64,000 bases of DNA from Piromyces finnis finn (Eukaryota > Fungi > Neocallimastigomycota): the NCBI GenBank assembly GCA_002104945.1, contig MCFH01000054.1:310001-374000 (forward strand). Direction: 5' to 3'. Both the position numbers and the translations under genes were made by a program. Below, in pieces: positions 60,866-64,000 of this stretch. Within the stretch, counting starts at the first letter, position 1, and each line of letters opens with the position of its first letter. Under the pieces are notes generated by a model. The model saw only the letters and a program-made list of their open reading frames with translations. It was not told the origin of the DNA and did no database searches.

Positions 60866-60911
60866 TTTTAAAATATAAAAAATATATAATATTACTGTTT
60901 TTTTTTTTTTA

Positions 60912-60953
<42 letters not shown>

Positions 60954-61097
60954 CACAATTAAGTAATCTCTATCTATCTATAAAAAGAACAAAAAAAAAA
61001 GTACCTTTTTTTAAAATTTAAAAATTATATATTTAATATTTTAAAACTTTAAGAAAAAAAATAAAAAAAAAAGATTCAAATTTTTTTTAAATTTTAC

Positions 61098-61111
61098 CCA
61101 ATAATGATTGG
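61098..61111. promoter_or_regulatory. Inverted CCAAT pair (CCAAT-N4-ATTGG) upstream of DIS3
   Basis: ccaataatgattgg about 235 bp upstream of the DIS3 ATG. Confidence 0.35.
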
Positions 61112-61796
61112 TTTAAAAATAAAAAAATATTAATAATACTAAAAAGGTGGTTACATATAAAATTTTAATTTTTTTTATTTTTAAAAAGTGAAGAATTATT
61201 TTTTCATTAATTATAAAGAAACAAAGTGTTTAACTACACCTGAACTTTAAGAGTTTATAAAATTTTAAAAGAAATAATTCATAACTGTTTTCTTTTTCTT
61301 ATAATTAAAAATTATTTAACCTATAATTCTTTTTTTTTTATATATAAAAATTAAGAAAAATAAAATATAAATAATGAAATAAAGAAAAGTTAAAGCAAAA
61401 AAAAAAATATTACATTTTTTTATTTTATTTTTTTCTTTAATTTAAATAAATGTCATTTTATTATTTAGATAGTTATTTCTTTCTTTTATACATATATATG
61501 GATCATTGTCAATTATAAAAATAAAGATTTTCAAAATTTCTCAATAAAATAAATTAAATAGATAGTATAAATACACTTTGATTTGTATTTTTATTACACT
61601 TTAAATAAAATTTATGTTTTTTTTTTTTTATATTTGAATGATAAAAATATATTATTTCAAAAGAGAATAATATTTAGTATTTCATGTATCTTTCATTGTT
61701 TATAATAATTATTATTATTAAATTCATTTAATTTTTATTCCAATAAAAATTGAAATTAATAATAAAAATGGTATCTATGTCTTTTTTTTTTTTAAT

Positions 61797-63991
61797 TTAA
61801 TTTAATTCATGTTCTTTACCTTTATCATTTTTATCCTTTTTATTCAATTTATCATCATCTTCTTCCTCTTTGCTTCTAATTCTATTTAGTAAATAGTTGT
61901 GAAATTTTTCGGATTTATAGGTCCAATGAAAGTCGTTCAGTTTAGAATTAAAATCAGAAATTGATTCTTTCACAAAATGAGAACAATTTTCACCTGATGA
62001 TTTACAATTTTTATGTTCTAATTGGATTAAAATATCTGAAAATTTTTTATGGGATTTAACGTTTGACGTTTCATGTATAGGATGATCGTCTAATTTATGA
62101 GAATGATTATTAATAGAATTAATAATAATATTCATGTTATCAGAATTGGACGTCAATAAATAGGGTATCATTTTATCCAATGTATAATTATTATAAATCG
62201 TCATTTCCTCCGATTCATTATTTTTATTTTTATTACAGAAAGAATGAGAAAGGGTAGTTGATGAACAGGCAAAATTAAAATTAGAATTGGATTTTTTCGA
62301 TGGTAATATAATGGATTTTCTTGAAGATTTCAACCTTAATTGCTCTTTAATAGGATTTCCATGATTTAAACTTATTCTTGATTTCCTGTTTTGGGGGTAT
62401 TCTAAAAATGTTCCATAAGATTTCGATGATAAGGATGGACTTTTAATATGATCAATATTGAGATTGTTGATGCTGTTTCGAATAGAACTTGGTGATGTAG
62501 AATAAGAGGTGTTTGAAAGGGTGGGACTCTTCACAGAGTTAGATAAATTAACTTTCGATTTCAAAGAAATAAAGGATTTCTTTTTAATTGAAAGCTCAGA
62601 TTTAAATTTTTTAATGATTTTATCGGTAATGTGATGAAGATGATGGCTTGTATTTTGATTTGGAATAATATACTTTTGAGTATCCTTAGTAATGTCATAA
62701 ATATACTTTAATTGATTTTTATCAAGAATTTTAGAGTCTTCATCATGACTACCATTCAGATATGTTTCACTAGCAATCGCCTTGACACTAGTACTTTCAT
62801 TATTATTAGATGATATTAAAGAAATACTTTGGTCTGATTTATCTTTTTCAAGATTGGTTTCAATAGTTTTATGGTTCATTTCATCTGTCAATTTGGTCTT
62901 TTCTTCTTTCTCTACATTGTCTGTGTCTGGTTCCTTGAAAGGAACCTTTAAAACTAAATGACTTTCATTAATTTCTGACATAGGAAAAGCTAATGTGTTC
63001 TCCATTATTGCTTCATTATCATTCTTTCTATTTTCTTTTATTTTTTCAATTGTTTTTTCTTCTTTACTTTTGATTTCTGAGGTTGATTCAATAACATATT
63101 CATTAGAATTTGTAGTCACCTGTTTAAATTCCAAGGTAGTGTTGATCCTAGAATCTGTACTATCATTTTGATCAGATTCATAGAGTTTCTCTACTTCCTG
63201 ATCAATAAGCGAATTATTTTTCAACATAGCTTTATTTTGTTCGTAGATATTTAATATCTCTTTTGAATTATGTACAACAACATCTGATTCACAAATACTT
63301 TTAACAAATGAGGACTGAATCGAATAAATAATTTCGTCCAAATCAGATATACTTGATACCACAGAAGACTTATCATTAATATTTGGAGATATTGGAGGAT
63401 ATCGAAAGACGGAAAGATCTGGATTATAAAATCCTATATTTGATTTCTCCGTCGTAGGCTCTGTATCTTCCAAAGTACTCGAGGATTTTATTAATGAATC
63501 GGTAGTAACCGATAAATTACTTTTAATTTGATCATCTGATAATTCACTAATATTCTCTTGTTCTTTTTGTTCTTTCTGTTTTTGGGTTTGCGCTATCACC
63601 TGAAGTCTTTCTTGAAGTTCTTTCATATCAATGGCATGACTTTTATTGATATCCATCATTATTGTTTTTGGAACATTATTTTGTTCTTTATTATCCATAT
63701 GCATAACAATTTTCAACTGACTTTGACTATGGGAGGATACTACTATTTTGGATTTTGAAAGACTATTTTCAAATGGACTGGAATAGCCCTTACTACTACT
63801 ATTAAATTCACTTCCACTAATGAGGGAATCGATATCTTTCAAAATAGGATAGTTGTTTTTGTATTTTTCATCTTCCTCAACATAGTCATCATCCTCGTCA
63901 TCCTTAAAACTCAACGATTTACCATTCTTTATCGAAGAAAGGAAACCATTTTCTGTATAATATATAGGTGTGCCACTTTTCTCATGAATAA
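61797..63991 (-). CDS. Large terminal exon of a gene starting beyond the window; S/K/E/N-rich hypothetical protein (partial)
   Basis: The frame is open from an AG acceptor at 63992-63993 (..VIHEKSGTPIYYTENGFLSSIKNGKSLSFKDDEDDDY..) to TAA at 61797-61799, about 731 codons. The ORF-track start at 63914 is only a TTG. No recognisable domain. Confidence 0.7.
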
Positions 63992-64000
63992 CTATAGAAG

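Overview
This is an extremely AT-rich (roughly 80% by eye, not computed), intron-dense eukaryotic window. Fungal-type genes (SIP5, SNX4/ATG24, SPG1/TEM1) occur with motile-flagellum genes (DRC2/CCDC65, IQCH). Together with the base composition, this points to a zoosporic anaerobic gut fungus (Neocallimastigomycota); that assignment is inference. The supplied ORF track shows only exon fragments, so I rebuilt gene models by hand from GT-AG splice sites and frame continuity. Gene order: SIP5(-), SV2/SVOP-like MFS transporter(+), SNX4(-), a ~1290-aa secreted LRR membrane protein(+), RPA2(-), F-BAR + 4xSH3 adaptor(-), N/Y-rich orphan(-), IQCH(-), DRC2(-), ~957-aa coiled-coil protein(+), SPG1(-), Ig-like + degenerate RhoGAP protein(+), DIS3(-), and the 3' exon of a gene running off the right edge(-). 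I found no supportable tRNA, rRNA, transposon or CRISPR features. The most interesting items are (1) the modular plant-type LRR receptor-like protein, with same-phase LRR-sized exons, a coding VNTR and no kinase; (2) a RhoGAP-fold protein lacking its arginine finger; (3) a four-SH3 F-BAR protein; (4) adjacent flagellar genes sharing a neighbourhood with an orphan coiled-coil gene. None of these is demonstrated to be a new system from sequence alone.
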